Positions 14,414-28,065 of a stretch of 64,000 bases of DNA are shown in pieces (position 1 is the stretch's first letter; every line of letters starts with the position of its first letter). This DNA is from Eledone cirrhosa (lineage: Eukaryota). Location of the stretch: positions 50,468,001 through 50,532,000 of the forward strand of contig OZ024748.1 in assembly GCA_964016885.1 (NCBI GenBank). The letters run 5' to 3'. A model generated the notes under the pieces. The model searched no databases. It saw nothing but the letters and a program-made list of their open reading frames with translations, and was not told the origin of the DNA. Both the position numbers and the translations under genes were made by a program.

Positions 14414-15635
14414 TACTGGCTGTGGATTTGCAATATCGGTAGAGCGTCAACCACCATGCTTTGCAGCATATAGTTACGGCCTTTTATTATATGAGTTCAA
14501 ATCCAGCCGTGGTTATCTTTACTTTTCCTTCTTATGGGTCGAAAAAATAAAACACCAGTAACGTACTGGGGTCGATTTAATCGACTTTCCCCTCCCCCAA
14601 ATGACTGGCCTTGTGTCTATATTAGAAATCATTATTACTGGCTGTGGATTGGCAATATCTGTAGAGCGTCAACCACCATGCTTTTCAGCATAGAGTTATG
14701 ACCCTTTACGTTCTGAGTTCAAATCCCGCCGTGGTTAACTTTCCTCATTATGGGGTCGATAAAATAAAGCACCAGTAATGCACTGGAGTAATTGCTGGCC
14801 TTGTGCCAAAAGTAGAAATAATTATTACGTGTTTGATGAGTTCAAATCTGACCGAGGCTAGCTTCGCCTTCCCTCCGTAAGGGGTCGATGAGATAAAGTA
14901 CCAGAAATGCACTGGAATCGATTTACTCGTTCTTACCCTCACCGAAAATATTGGCCTTGTGCCTAAATCAGAAACGATTATTACGTGTTTGATGAGTTCA
15001 TATTCCGTCGATGTTAGTCTACCTTTCATTTTTAAGGGGTCGAAGAAATAAATACCAGTAACGCACTGGTGTCGATTTAATCGACTTTTTACTGGGCCTG
15101 TGCCTAAAAGTAGAAACACGTGTTACGTGTTTGCAGGGCGCTACATTAGCAAAAGCGTTTTCACTTTGGACACATTTTTGTGGCATTTAAGACTCTTTAA
15201 CCTCTGAGATCCAGCCGAGCTTGACTTTGCAACTCACAATATCTGTGATGATAAAATAAAGTACCTGTAATGTACTGGATTCTATATAGCTGATTTCCAT
15301 CCCTCTCGAAATTGCTGGTCTTGTTTCTAAATTAGGAACCATAATTATTTCTTGTTGATTTTTTTAGATGTTTTTTTTTTTTCTGGAAATGTTCTTACTT
15401 AATTCAGGAATTACAGAAATTCCGGTATATGTAGCCATAAAGCAGTGAATTGGCAGTATTATAGGAGCTTCGGACAAGTTGCTTTGTAGTATTTAATTAT
15501 GAATTTCTAAATTCTCAGTTCAAATCAAGTCTTTTCGAAGTTGATAAAATAAAATACCATTAAACCATTGTGTCGATTTGATAGACTTTCAGAAGTCCAC
15601 AAATTTTCTGGCCTTGTGCCAGAATTAGAAATCAT
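14414..15635 (+). mobile_element. Head-to-tail cluster of about six SINE copies (first family)
   Basis: Repeated GAGTTCAAATC...GGGTCGAT/AAA...ACCAGTAA...GGCCTTGTGCC...AGAAA units. Later copies are 5'-truncated or degraded. Confidence 0.8.
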
Positions 15636-15725
15636 TTCATAGGTGACTATTCCGTATGTATGGTGACAAAAGAAGACAAAGAGAGAAGGGTAGAAAGAGA
15701 GAGAGAGAGACCGAGAGAAAGAAAG

Positions 15726-15802
<77 letters not shown>

Positions 15803-15813
15803 TAAATAGATAG

Positions 15814-15844
<31 letters not shown>

Positions 15845-16273
15845 AGTGAATAAGGTAAGGTAAAGAAACAAACAAGGTGAAGATGTTGACTTACATATGA
15901 GTGTGAGTTCGTGTCTCTCATTAATAACTATTCATATAAGCCCTCATAACACAACATTGTTAAGTTACGTTGTACAATTACAGTAATTCTTATGAAGACG
16001 TCTACATATAGGTGTTGCTATTGGTTTGTTGTTGATATCTTTATCAACTATATTTGTGGACATTTCTGTGTAAATATATACAAATGTGAAGACCTATTAT
16101 ATAAGCGCAGTGTACATATATTATACAACAAAACAAAAAAGAAATATATGGTTATATTATCATTTCTATATTAGTTTTATTTTTGTTATTATTTTATCAA
16201 TATCAATATAGATTGATACACCAGGGCCCCTTATATATATATAGCATTATAATATATAGCTATATATATATAT

Positions 16274-16869
16274 CATTATAATAAATACTCGGTAAATCCA
16301 TACGTACGTGCATGTATGTATTTATATACATACTACTGTACGTCTGTATACATATATGTATGTACGTATATATACATACTTATATTTAAGTAACAGCTGT
16401 ACTAAGAGTGAGAAATGAAATTTCGTTTCATTTTTTCCATTTATCGTTTTCGGTGCGCCCGGCCGATTAATTCACTCGATATGCAAATTAAGCTGCTCAA
16501 CGTTAATATGCATAAGGAAAGTATATACTTTCAGACGTTCAATCATCTGGCAGGAAGGTATACGGTGCTGACGATAGCTAATAAGCTTCAAACTAATACA
16601 TCGTTCCTTTGTCAGTGTTGAACAAAAGGGCAACGATGGTTGCTAAACACTGTACGACTTAATTCGGGATGTTTGTTTACAAACAAACCGAGCATTATAA
16701 TAAATGGTCGGTAAATCCATACGTACATATATATATATGTGTGCATGTATGTATATATATACATACTACTGTACGTCTGTATACATATATGTATGTACGT
16801 ATATATACATACTTATATTTAAGTAACAGCCGTACTAAGAGAGAGAAATGAAATTTCGTTTCATTTTTT

Positions 16870-16873
<4 letters not shown>
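16274..16873 (+). mobile_element. Family A retrozyme-like element, locus 2 (about 1.4 monomers, period 419 bp)
   Basis: CATTATAATAAAT occurs at 16274 and 16693. The element ends at the hairpin GAAATGAAATTTCGTTTCATTTTTTCCAT, followed by (TA)n. Confidence 0.8.
16548..16614 (+). ncRNA. Degenerate family A hammerhead (G12->C, stem III disrupted), probably inactive
   Basis: Reads CGGTG CTGACGA TAGC TAATAA GCTT CAAA CTAATA CATCG. Confidence 0.65.
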
Positions 16874-16939
<66 letters not shown>

Positions 16940-17566
16940 TGGTCAAATGAAAAGACCTGATTTTTCTGGAAGTCTTTATCTTTTTTTCGTTTCGGCGTCT
17001 CCTCACTCTACTTTCTCTTTCTATTTCTTTTTCTTTAGTTTGTCAATCTATTTTCTGATGAAGGATGAGCCTCGGAAACGGTAAACTATTTTCCTACTAT
17101 ATTAAGCTTCATCGAAATGTGTCGTTTGCTTCTTACATCTTTTTACTTCTTGCATATAAATATACATTTCACCAAATTGGATGTCTGAAGACACATAATC
17201 TTTTTATCAAAATTCTTTTTTTCTGTTCATTGCATTTTCCCTTTCCATTTCATCTTTTATTCCTCATTCTGTCTTCCGATGAAGAAATAGTGTCTGAAAC
17301 ATAAATATATTTTTCCTTCTATATTCAGAGTTAAAATAATATATTTCTTCGTTGTATTATGTTGTATCCTTTGTTGTTTCCGTCTATTTTTTGCACACAC
17401 ATACATAGATACACCCTCCCCCCACACACACACACACATATATATATATGTGTGTGTGTATGTCTGTGTTCGTGTTTATGTATGTGTGTATATATATATA
17501 TATTATATATATATATATATAGATACACACACATGCACACACACAAACACACATATATATATATAC

Positions 17567-17601
<35 letters not shown>

Positions 17602-18006
17602 GAGAAAGAGTGAAAAAGAGAGAGAGAACGAGCGAGAGATAGGGAGAGACAGAGAGAGAGAGAGAAAGAGAGATACATACACACACATTCATACACAAAC
17701 ATTATTGCATAGAAATATTATCTTATGTGCTGACCGAAACCCTTTTGCTATGTTTGTAGTTAAAGAAGAAATGTTTGGCTTTGAGGAGGTCACCATAATA
17801 CAATGAAGTGATATGCCAGGAAAGATATGTTGTTTACCAATATGTGAATTGATTACATTTGCTGGCACAAAGCCCACAGCTACAGTTCTCTTATACTCAT
17901 TATTTCACGCATTTACTTGAGATTATTAGGAAACTTGCCGAACAAAATCACATTCCTTGAAAGATTAATCAGAACTTTCATACTACATATGTATATATAT
18001 ATGTAT

Positions 18007-18090
<84 letters not shown>

Positions 18091-18128
18091 GCATATGCAT
18101 ATATATATACACACACACAAACACACAA

Positions 18129-18171
<43 letters not shown>

Positions 18172-18347
18172 TTTATATATGTCTATATGTATATGTACAA
18201 TTTTATGTTTACTGTCTCCGTATTGTTTTGAAGACTGATTAGCTTTGTCTTGTTAAATATATACTTGTTTCTCTATGTGTGTTAATATATACATACATGC
18301 CTGCATACATAGGTATATATATATAATTATAATTAACTATATATGCA

Positions 18348-18531
<184 letters not shown>

Positions 18532-18752
18532 TGTATGTGTGTGTGTGTGTGTAAACTGATACAGAATTAACTTAACCGAAAAAGTATTAACACATAATAA
18601 AGTGTATAACACTTTCTGTTACCTGAAGCATTGAGTACCTACCTCTCTTTCACTAGGCCTAGTTGTCACTAACCAATACACAAGTGTGTATATATATGTG
18701 TGTGTGTGCGCGTGTATGTCAGACAAAGAGAGAGAGAGAGAATGAGAGAGAG

Positions 18753-18837
<85 letters not shown>

Positions 18838-19258
18838 AGAGAGAAAAGAGAGAGAGAGAGAGTGTGTGTGTGTGAGTGTATGTGTATTTGTATCGACGGA
18901 CCTCAGTCGGCTTCGACGATTAGTAGATAATCAATGAACAAGAATCCTAACTGAATTAACGCGGAAATTTGCTGGGCATTCTATAGTTGCATGTAACCTT
19001 AACGCAATTCTGAGGGAGATTCTGCCATCCATCCATCCATATATATATATATATATATATAATAGGATATGTGTTCCTTCACGCACAAGGCGCTAAGGGA
19101 CGCTTGTATTGTCCAACCAAAAAAGTATGTCCAACCGAAGGCCATATGGTTTCCGTTTATTTTTGGGATTCGAAACCGATCGGTAAAGGTAACTATAGTA
19201 GGTAAAGTCAATTTTTTAAAATTTATTTTGAAACTTTTTCATTATTTGCTAAACCTTG

Positions 19259-19308
<50 letters not shown>

Positions 19309-19431
19309 GGTATTAGAATTGGTGCTCTGAAATACTGATGTATACATGAATGTATGTATAGTATATTTGGCAATATACCGTATGTTTAATTTAAAAGACA
19401 AAGAGGTTTAGCATATGCAGACATACATATA

Positions 19432-20918
19432 TTTTCATATTATGTACATGGATGTCTTCCACATTGCTGTAGCTTTTAATGTGTTTAATATCGGGGCTAT
19501 CTTTTTTACGAAATGCATTGTACAGTGTTTTGGCCACTACATCATGCCTCATAGGTAGATAGTACCGCAATGACATCTTTGGACAGCTGCTGATGACATG
19601 GGTGATATCCTCGATATTAGTTCTACAGAGTCTGCACTTGTTATCACATCTAGGTGTTTTGCCTGCATCCCTATCTCTTTTGTGAATCAGGTATTTCGTG
19701 TTAATCTCCTGTTCTTGGATTGCAAAAGCGTATCTTTCAAAGTGGGAGCCAATATAGCGGTTGTTGGTCCGAGATAGACTACTTTCCTTATCTATATTAC
19801 TCTCACTCTGGAGCTTACTGGCAAGATATCCATGGATGATCTTTTGCTGATAAGCATGCAGTTTATCATCCATGGATTCACTGCGATACTGCTGAGCGAC
19901 TTCCCTGGGTGTGAGTTTTTGATTATCACACAGGGAATATCTCTCGGGGAGTTCCTTCCCAACTCTCATGATCTTATCTGTTTCATGCAGATAGACTTGC
20001 TCGAGAAACGGGCTCCTACGCCTCGAGGTTCGTAGATGTTGTCGGAGAGATATGATGCGACATTCAAATGTTGTCTGGACTGATGTTAGGCCTCTGCCTC
20101 CCTACTTACGTTTCAAGTAAAGGCGGTCTATGTCACTGTTGATGTGGAAGTTTCCGGTGTTGTTTAGTATTTTTCGCGTTCCAACATCAACAGCTCGGAT
20201 TTCGTCTCTCGTCCAATTGAGTATTCCAAACGTTGGTGTTAGGACAGGCACAGAAAACACATTGTGAGCCACTGTTTTGTTTTGCGTAGAGAGTTCCGAT
20301 GACCAGATCTTTCTTAATTGGGTGTAGTATTCCCTGGTTACGCGTTCTTTATTACAGATACCATTATAGGATATGTTCTCATCTATCCCCAGGTATCTGT
20401 AGCAGTCCTCATCAGATATCGGTGAAACAGTTAGGCTATTGATGACAATGTTGCTAGATTGGGTTGTTGTTTTTCCCCGCTTTACAGTCATATATGAGCA
20501 TTTATCTTGGCCAAACTCCATTCCTATATCCCTTGAGAACGTTGTAACCAGGTCAAGATTTTTCTTCATCCCATCCATGTTCTTGGCATAGAGTTTCAGA
20601 TCGTCCACAAAGAAATTATGGGTTAGGTTCGTATTTCTGTCCTCCTGTGAGCCAATGATGTATCCCTCACATTTCTTGAGCAGAAAGGACAAGGGGTTTC
20701 ATGACAAGATGAACAATATAACAGAGAGACTGTCCCCCTGAAATACACCCCTGCAATATTTTATTTTATCAGTGAAAACAGAGTCCTACCTCTCTGTCCA
20801 TAGGATAGTAAGCCAAGAAGAAGACAGCCTCTCTATGGCTCTGACAATAATGTCTGGGACTTTAGCAAGTTGGAGGGCCTCTATCATCCAATAGTGGGGA
20901 ACAGAATCGAAAGCTTTC
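19432..20918 (-). pseudogene. R4/Dong-clade non-LTR retrotransposon fragment: RT domain to CCHC zinc knuckle, frameshifted
   Basis: Translation contains KAFDSVPH, GVFQGDSLS, THNFFVDDLKLYA, YRYLGI, CRLCRTNIEDITHVISSC and RHDVVAK. Confidence 0.85.
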
Positions 20919-20922
20919 TATG

Positions 20923-20956
<34 letters not shown>

Positions 20957-21431
20957 TGTATGTATGTATGTATGTATGTATGTATGTATGTATGTATGTA
21001 TGGATGTATGTGTTGCATGTATCTATGTGTGTATATATATGTTTTGTGAGTGTGTAAGCAAGGTTCTTATAGTTAGAGTTCTGGAGTCACGTTCCTTTGA
21101 TTGGTAGTTCGATTTTCTGAATGGACGCTGGGTTTCTCGGAGCAAAACACTTTCTTTTATGTCGGTCTAGTTCACTCAGCTGGCAATAATTAGTTCAACA
21201 CGTAACGGTGGAATGTAAAAACACTTGCGCGTTAATGTCATGAGTAGCCTATATATGTGTGTGTGTGTATATGTGTGCGTGAGTACATGCGTATGTGTGT
21301 GCGTTTGTAGCTATTTCTGTAAGTTTGTTGACATATATAACATGAGAATCAGTCAGTAAGATATAAAAATTCTGATTGAGTAATTATAATCCATGTTAGA
21401 CACAGAAAAAGTGCAAGAAATAATGAAAACG

Positions 21432-21535
<104 letters not shown>

Positions 21536-21658
21536 TGCCAGAATTAATAACAGAACACACTCAGTGTTTGGTATAAGAATATTTGCTTCGACACACGATT
21601 TCATATCAAAAACCTCGCAAAACTAATTCATCGCCGTTATATATGTATCTATCTATCT

Positions 21659-21739
<81 letters not shown>

Positions 21740-21813
21740 CATATATATATATGTATATATGTATATATATATACATATATATATACATATATATATATAT
21801 GTATATATGTATA

Positions 21814-21846
<33 letters not shown>

Positions 21847-21877
21847 GTATATATGTATATATATACATATATATATA

Positions 21878-22026
<149 letters not shown>

Positions 22027-22036
22027 TATATTATAT

Positions 22037-22121
<85 letters not shown>

Positions 22122-22496
22122 TATATACATATATATATATACATATATATATACATATATACATATACATATATATATATATATATATACATATATACAT
22201 ATAAATATATATATATATATATATATAAAAATATATATATATATAAGCAGGAACGAGTGAGTATAAGAGGGAGAAGATGGTTATACAAATAATGAGAAGA
22301 TGTGTTGAGATAATAGAGAAGGAACGGCCATGATCTGCACGACTATATATATAAAAATAACCAGAATCACTAAATACATGAGAATCCATGGGGTTTAAGT
22401 GCGGAAATGAGAAGCATAATTCTTCATTTCCGTATTTATATATTTTTTACAAATGGAAAAAAAGTATACATTCATTCTAGGCAGTGTATAATTTGT

Positions 22497-22724
<228 letters not shown>

Positions 22725-22842
22725 ATATATATATATCCATTTGGATGTATGAATATATGTATGTGCGTGTGTATTTATGTAAATACAAATATATATAAAT
22801 ATATATAAATATATATAAATATGTACGTATGTAAATACAAAA

Positions 22843-22881
<39 letters not shown>

Positions 22882-22917
22882 CGCACACGCATATACACAT
22901 ACATACACACACACGCA

Positions 22918-22975
<58 letters not shown>

Positions 22976-23374
22976 GAAGACATCACTGTGCTTGAATCTT
23001 ACATCATTTTATTGATGCGTATATATAACATATGCATATACATATACGTATATGATATATACATAAAGGTATATAATCATATGTATATACATATTTATCA
23101 GTCTGTATGCATTTAATTTTGTATGTGTGCGTCTGAGCCTGTCCTTGTGTGTAAATCGTGTTGTGTAATTGTGTTTGTGCAGAATGTGGTGTTATTCCCA
23201 TTGTGGAATGACGGTAACAAGATAACTGATTTGATATCTAGATGAAAAAATACGAAAATTATATAAGCCACGTAGAAGACGGAACCTTTGAATATATAAC
23301 ATTCCAAAAATTAACTATAACAAATATATACACATATTGATGCAGATACATGCATACATAGATATATGCATATG

Positions 23375-23442
<68 letters not shown>

Positions 23443-23689
23443 CAGACACACGCGTGTGCCTGTATTTTTCTTTTGTCTTTCTGTGTTTCAAACATTAAAA
23501 CTAACGTAGAATTCTTATGTACTGATCTCTCACGATTTAACCCCCCGTGGTGTTTGAGGAAAATAACGAAACGTATCAATAATAAAAAGAGAATATTAAC
23601 ACCATCACCATCATCAACATGAACGTCTACAAGAACAATAAGAACAACCACATCATCATCAACGACAGCAACTGCACCAATAATAACAA

Positions 23690-24090
23690 TAATAGACCTG
23701 ACCCGGTGGTTTTGGACAAGGGAAACATATCGTGCCTGATTGTGGATGTGGCCTGCCCATTCAACACGAGAGTGCAAGAGAAGGAGAGGGAGAAAATTAA
23801 CCGATACCAGGACTTAAAGTGGGAGGTAAAAAGGATTTGGAACTGCCATGAGGTCAAAGTGGTCCCGATTGTCATAGGCACACTAGGTACTATCTCAAAG
23901 AGTTTCCAAGAATGGTTAAAGATAATTGGTCCTGCGCCGCTTTTTGGAACACTTCAAAAGGCATGCTTGCTGGGAACAGCAAGTACCCTCCGATACGTCC
24001 TGAATATCTGAGGCTGCAGGTAGTGGCTTGATATTCATTTCAACAAACTTTCCAGTTAAATAACATCAATGATTGAGACTCAAAGAACAA
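23690..24090 (+). pseudogene. R4/Dong-type 3' end (restriction-like endonuclease) ending in (TAA)n
   Basis: RPDPVVLD...IVDVACP...EKINRYQDL...VVPIVIGTLG...LQKACLLGTA, then a short UTR and (AAT)n. Confidence 0.85.
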
Positions 24091-24100
24091 TAATAATAAC

Positions 24101-24196
<96 letters not shown>

Positions 24197-24197
<1 letters not shown>

Positions 24198-24870
24198 CAG
24201 TCCTATAGCTCCAACCGAATACCTAAACAGGCACGACAGAGCTGCACAATACATACATTGGATAATGTGTAAGCATTTTGACCTGCCCCATCAAAAGAAT
24301 TGGTGGGAGCATCAACCACCTCCCATACTTGAAAACGATCACATCTCAATCTTGTGGAACTTTAGCATCCAAACAGACCGAAAAATGGATGCAAATAGAC
24401 CTGATATAATACTGAAAGACTTTAAAAAGAGGGTATGCCTGCTAATTGATATGTCCGTTCCAATAGACAAGAATGTATCTATGAAAACATTTGAAAAATT
24501 GGGCAAGTATAAGGACCTGGAGATAGAAATTGGAAAAATGTGGAAATTGACAACTAAAACAATACCAGTGGTTGTAGGCGCTCTAGGAATGATACCTAAG
24601 GGGTCTAATGATTACTTATCGCAAATCCCAGGAAACCCGCGTATAGGAGAAATACAAAAGATAGAACTAATGGGAACTGCCCATATACTAAGGAAGATTC
24701 TGTCAATATAAGTACATCACAAGTCTAAACACTAAGGATGCATGTGTGAATATGTATGTTCTTTCTTGAACATGGCGGACCTTGTTGTCTCTTGAGTTCA
24801 CTGGTTGTGACTTGGTGATAACTCGTATGAACATAAAGCAAGATAAATGCAACTATAATAATAATAATAA
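24197..24870 (+). pseudogene. Second R4/Dong-type 3' end (RHD motif plus RLE endonuclease) ending in (TAA)n
   Basis: RHDRAAQYIHW...ILWNFSIQTD...NRPDIIL...IDMSVP...KYKDL...IPVVVGALG...MGTAHILRKILS. Confidence 0.9.
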
Positions 24871-26778
24871 CAACAACAACAACAATGATAATTTCACAAT
24901 GATTAGCTACGTATTAGTCATGATTTATCAAATAAAATATCGCTAATTTGCAGAACAGGTATTAAGATAATTGCGTATTACCTATTAATTTCCTCGACTC
25001 TGCGATGATAAATGTCATGAACAACTTTGGTCCTGTTCCAACATATAATGTAAATAAATGTCCGCTACAATTGCTTTAAACTCTTCTTTGTTAGACTGAC
25101 TGAGCAGCAAGATATTCATAACACATTTGTTCGTAAGTTTCCCATCATCTTTTAAAGAGATAATCGTGTGATTCAGTGAAATTCGACTGCTATTTCTACA
25201 GCTCAAGTTGCCACATTGTGGATTCATCGTTGCAATACATAATGTTTTTGTTCATTCTTAACTCTTCATCAAACAACTATTATTTCTAATGTAGTCAGAG
25301 TACCTCACGTGTTATCGTAGATGGAAATACGTGTAATTCCGACTGAATGCAACCTCAAAGTTATCTTATATAGAAATATTATACAATTGCCTCACACGTA
25401 AGTATGTAAAAACCCATTAGAGAATACTCATAGAAATGGAAATATATCAAAAGAAAATGAAAAATGAAAGAAAAGTCCAGAAGAAACAAGTATATTTAAT
25501 GCAAATAGATTCAAAACACGAACAAAACAAATAATTGTCTTCACGGAAACGAAGACCTTCAAAATAGAGGCGGGAACGACAGTCGATTTTACAGAGAAAT
25601 ATGGACGAAATTTCTATTGTGAATGGAAAAACAATGTTCGTAGCATACAACTGAAGTGAACCCACGTCCATGGATTTTAATTTACGTTTACATTAACACA
25701 TGTGATCAATGTATCAACAAGAATCGATTATTACACTTAATAACTGGATCCGAAAAGACAAGATAATTCAAAACGATAAAATTGGAATAGTAAAATAATA
25801 TCAAACACAGAAATAGGCAGATCAAGAAAATACACACAACGACACAACAAACGAAACAACAAAATAAACAAAATGATATCAGTTAACAAAAACGAAAACA
25901 ACGAGAATAAAAAAAAGAAAACATTAAAAGTTAAGTACATATATAAAAGTAACAATGACGTTAGATTCAGCATATGTAAAAATGATGTAAATAAAGAAAC
26001 AACCAAATTAAATTTTAGAATACCTAGAGTATATTGACCAAGAACAGTCAAACTCATAACAGATACGAAAATATGCGTATAACAGAATGTGAGAAAGCTT
26101 TGAGACCAGACAACTCTAAAGATAGAAATAGAAAAGGAAGATAAAACCGAAAGATAAAATAGTCAAAGCTGGCCATTGTATACTTAATGAAAACTGACAT
26201 GAACATCACTATCAACAAGATAGAAAAAATAATACAACAACCACAGTAGTTACAAAGGAATCTGAGTACTCACTCAGAGCTACTAATATACGTTTATCAA
26301 TCACAAGTAAACAACGTTGAAAAAAAAAAAAAAATAGAAAATAAAAGATAAGGTCTTCAATGAAACTAAGAAAGCAAATGAAAACAAAAGAAAACCCCCC
26401 AAAAAACAAAAAAACAACTAAATAATAGATTAAGCATTCAGTAGTAATCTATCAAACAATACAACATTTATGAACTGAATGTCGAAATATATGCTGGTGT
26501 TTTTAAGTATAAGATAAACCTAAAGATCGCGTACAAGTATGTGAAGCATATGCTGTTGTCGTTGGTATTCTGATGAAACAGTCCAATGGCTGAAATATTT
26601 CAGCGATAATCTGTATTAGGGTATGTATATATATATTTAAAGGTTAAACAAGGTTCAATGAATAAATCAATGAATAAAGTTTTACAATAGATTAGAAGCA
26701 CTCCAAAAGTACTTTTTTTCGGAGTTATTAATATTAATTCAAAATATTAACAAATATAGACATTCGTGTGATCAAGTA

Positions 26779-26845
26779 TATTTTATTATACATATTTCAG
26801 AGGTACTGAGCTATCTTCAACAGTACGTCCTCATCAGATAAAATA
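26779..26845 (-). ncRNA. Type I hammerhead ribozyme (family C)
   Basis: Minus strand reads UAUUUUAU-CUGAUGA-GGACGUACUG(loop)CAGUACCUCU-GAAA-UAUGUA-UA-AUAAAAUA. Stem I has 8 bp and stem II has 9 of 10 positions paired. Confidence 0.75.
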
Positions 26846-27269
26846 AGATGATGCTTGACATACCTTGACTAAGTAAATGGTAAAAATTCAGTCATGGCAG
26901 TGAATAAGATAGGACAAAACTCAATATTTATATACCTTAAGATTGAGACATGAAAAAATTACATATAATACAGAGGGTGCGTGTGAGAAAGCTTATAAAG
27001 ATACATAATAATAAACAACTAGTAATATAATATAAACCTACATAACTGTTAGAAATTTAAATAATTTAAATTATTGAAGAAAGAAGTGAAAGACAGAGAG
27101 AGAAACAGATGAGGAAAAAGAGAGTGCACGAAAGCAAAAGAAAATTGATTAAGGATAGAAAGAGGAGGAGAAAATAATTGTTATAGTATAAAACATAGGG
27201 AGGGAGATTTGTATTGCCGTGGATAAACAGCGTATAATTAGATGATGCAAAAATATATATATAAATATA

Positions 27270-27500
27270 TATTTGGGCATAGCTTTGTGAATGAATAATT
27301 TCGAATCGTTAAATTATCTAGAAATAATCAATCAATCAAAATATCAAATATATATCTGGGTGTAGTTATATGACGGTTTATTTTCGAATCCTTAAGTTAA
27401 TTAGAAATAGTCAATTAATCAAATATATATATCCCAGCGCATCCGGATGACCGTTAAATTTCGAATTTTTATGTTAGTTAGAAATAGTGAATTAATCTAA
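27270..27500. repeat. Degenerate ~80 bp tandem triplet
   Basis: Three TTTCGAAT...TAGAAATA.T.AAT.AATC units. Confidence 0.55.
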
Positions 27501-28065
27501 TGGCATAAGATTTCTGAATATAAAATTTATAAGGATTTATATTATAGTATAATATCATATTCAATGTATTTGCAAACATGAGAAAGAAAATATTTAAGAT
27601 TTTCTTCATCCCGAAGTTAATCCAAATTAAATTATATTTAAAACATTTTTTTATATTAAAGAAATTTTATATTAAAAAATAATCATTATATAATTTAGAA
27701 AATAATTACAATTATAAATTTAAAATTAGAATGCCCTTAACTATCCAAAGGCCATATAAGTGTACTTAAAAAGGATATTATTAAACTAGATATACAAAGA
27801 GTACATTGTTTAAAGTTTAAGACGATATTAGTCACTTATATATAATATAATAAATATAATTACTGTTAATAGTGTTAAAAATAAAGTTTTAAGTTAAGTA
27901 TTATATTAAAAAAATTATTCAACTAGGATCATGTAATACATATATACTATAAATATACAAATCAAACTTCATATATACTATATATATATATTTATACATA
28001 TAGACTATATATATATATTTATACATATTTCACTAATATTTATACATATAGACTATATATATATA

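Noticed and set aside
26568-26604. CTGATGA...GAAATATTTC as a hammerhead
   Set aside because: There are extra unpaired bases before stem II and no convincing stem I.
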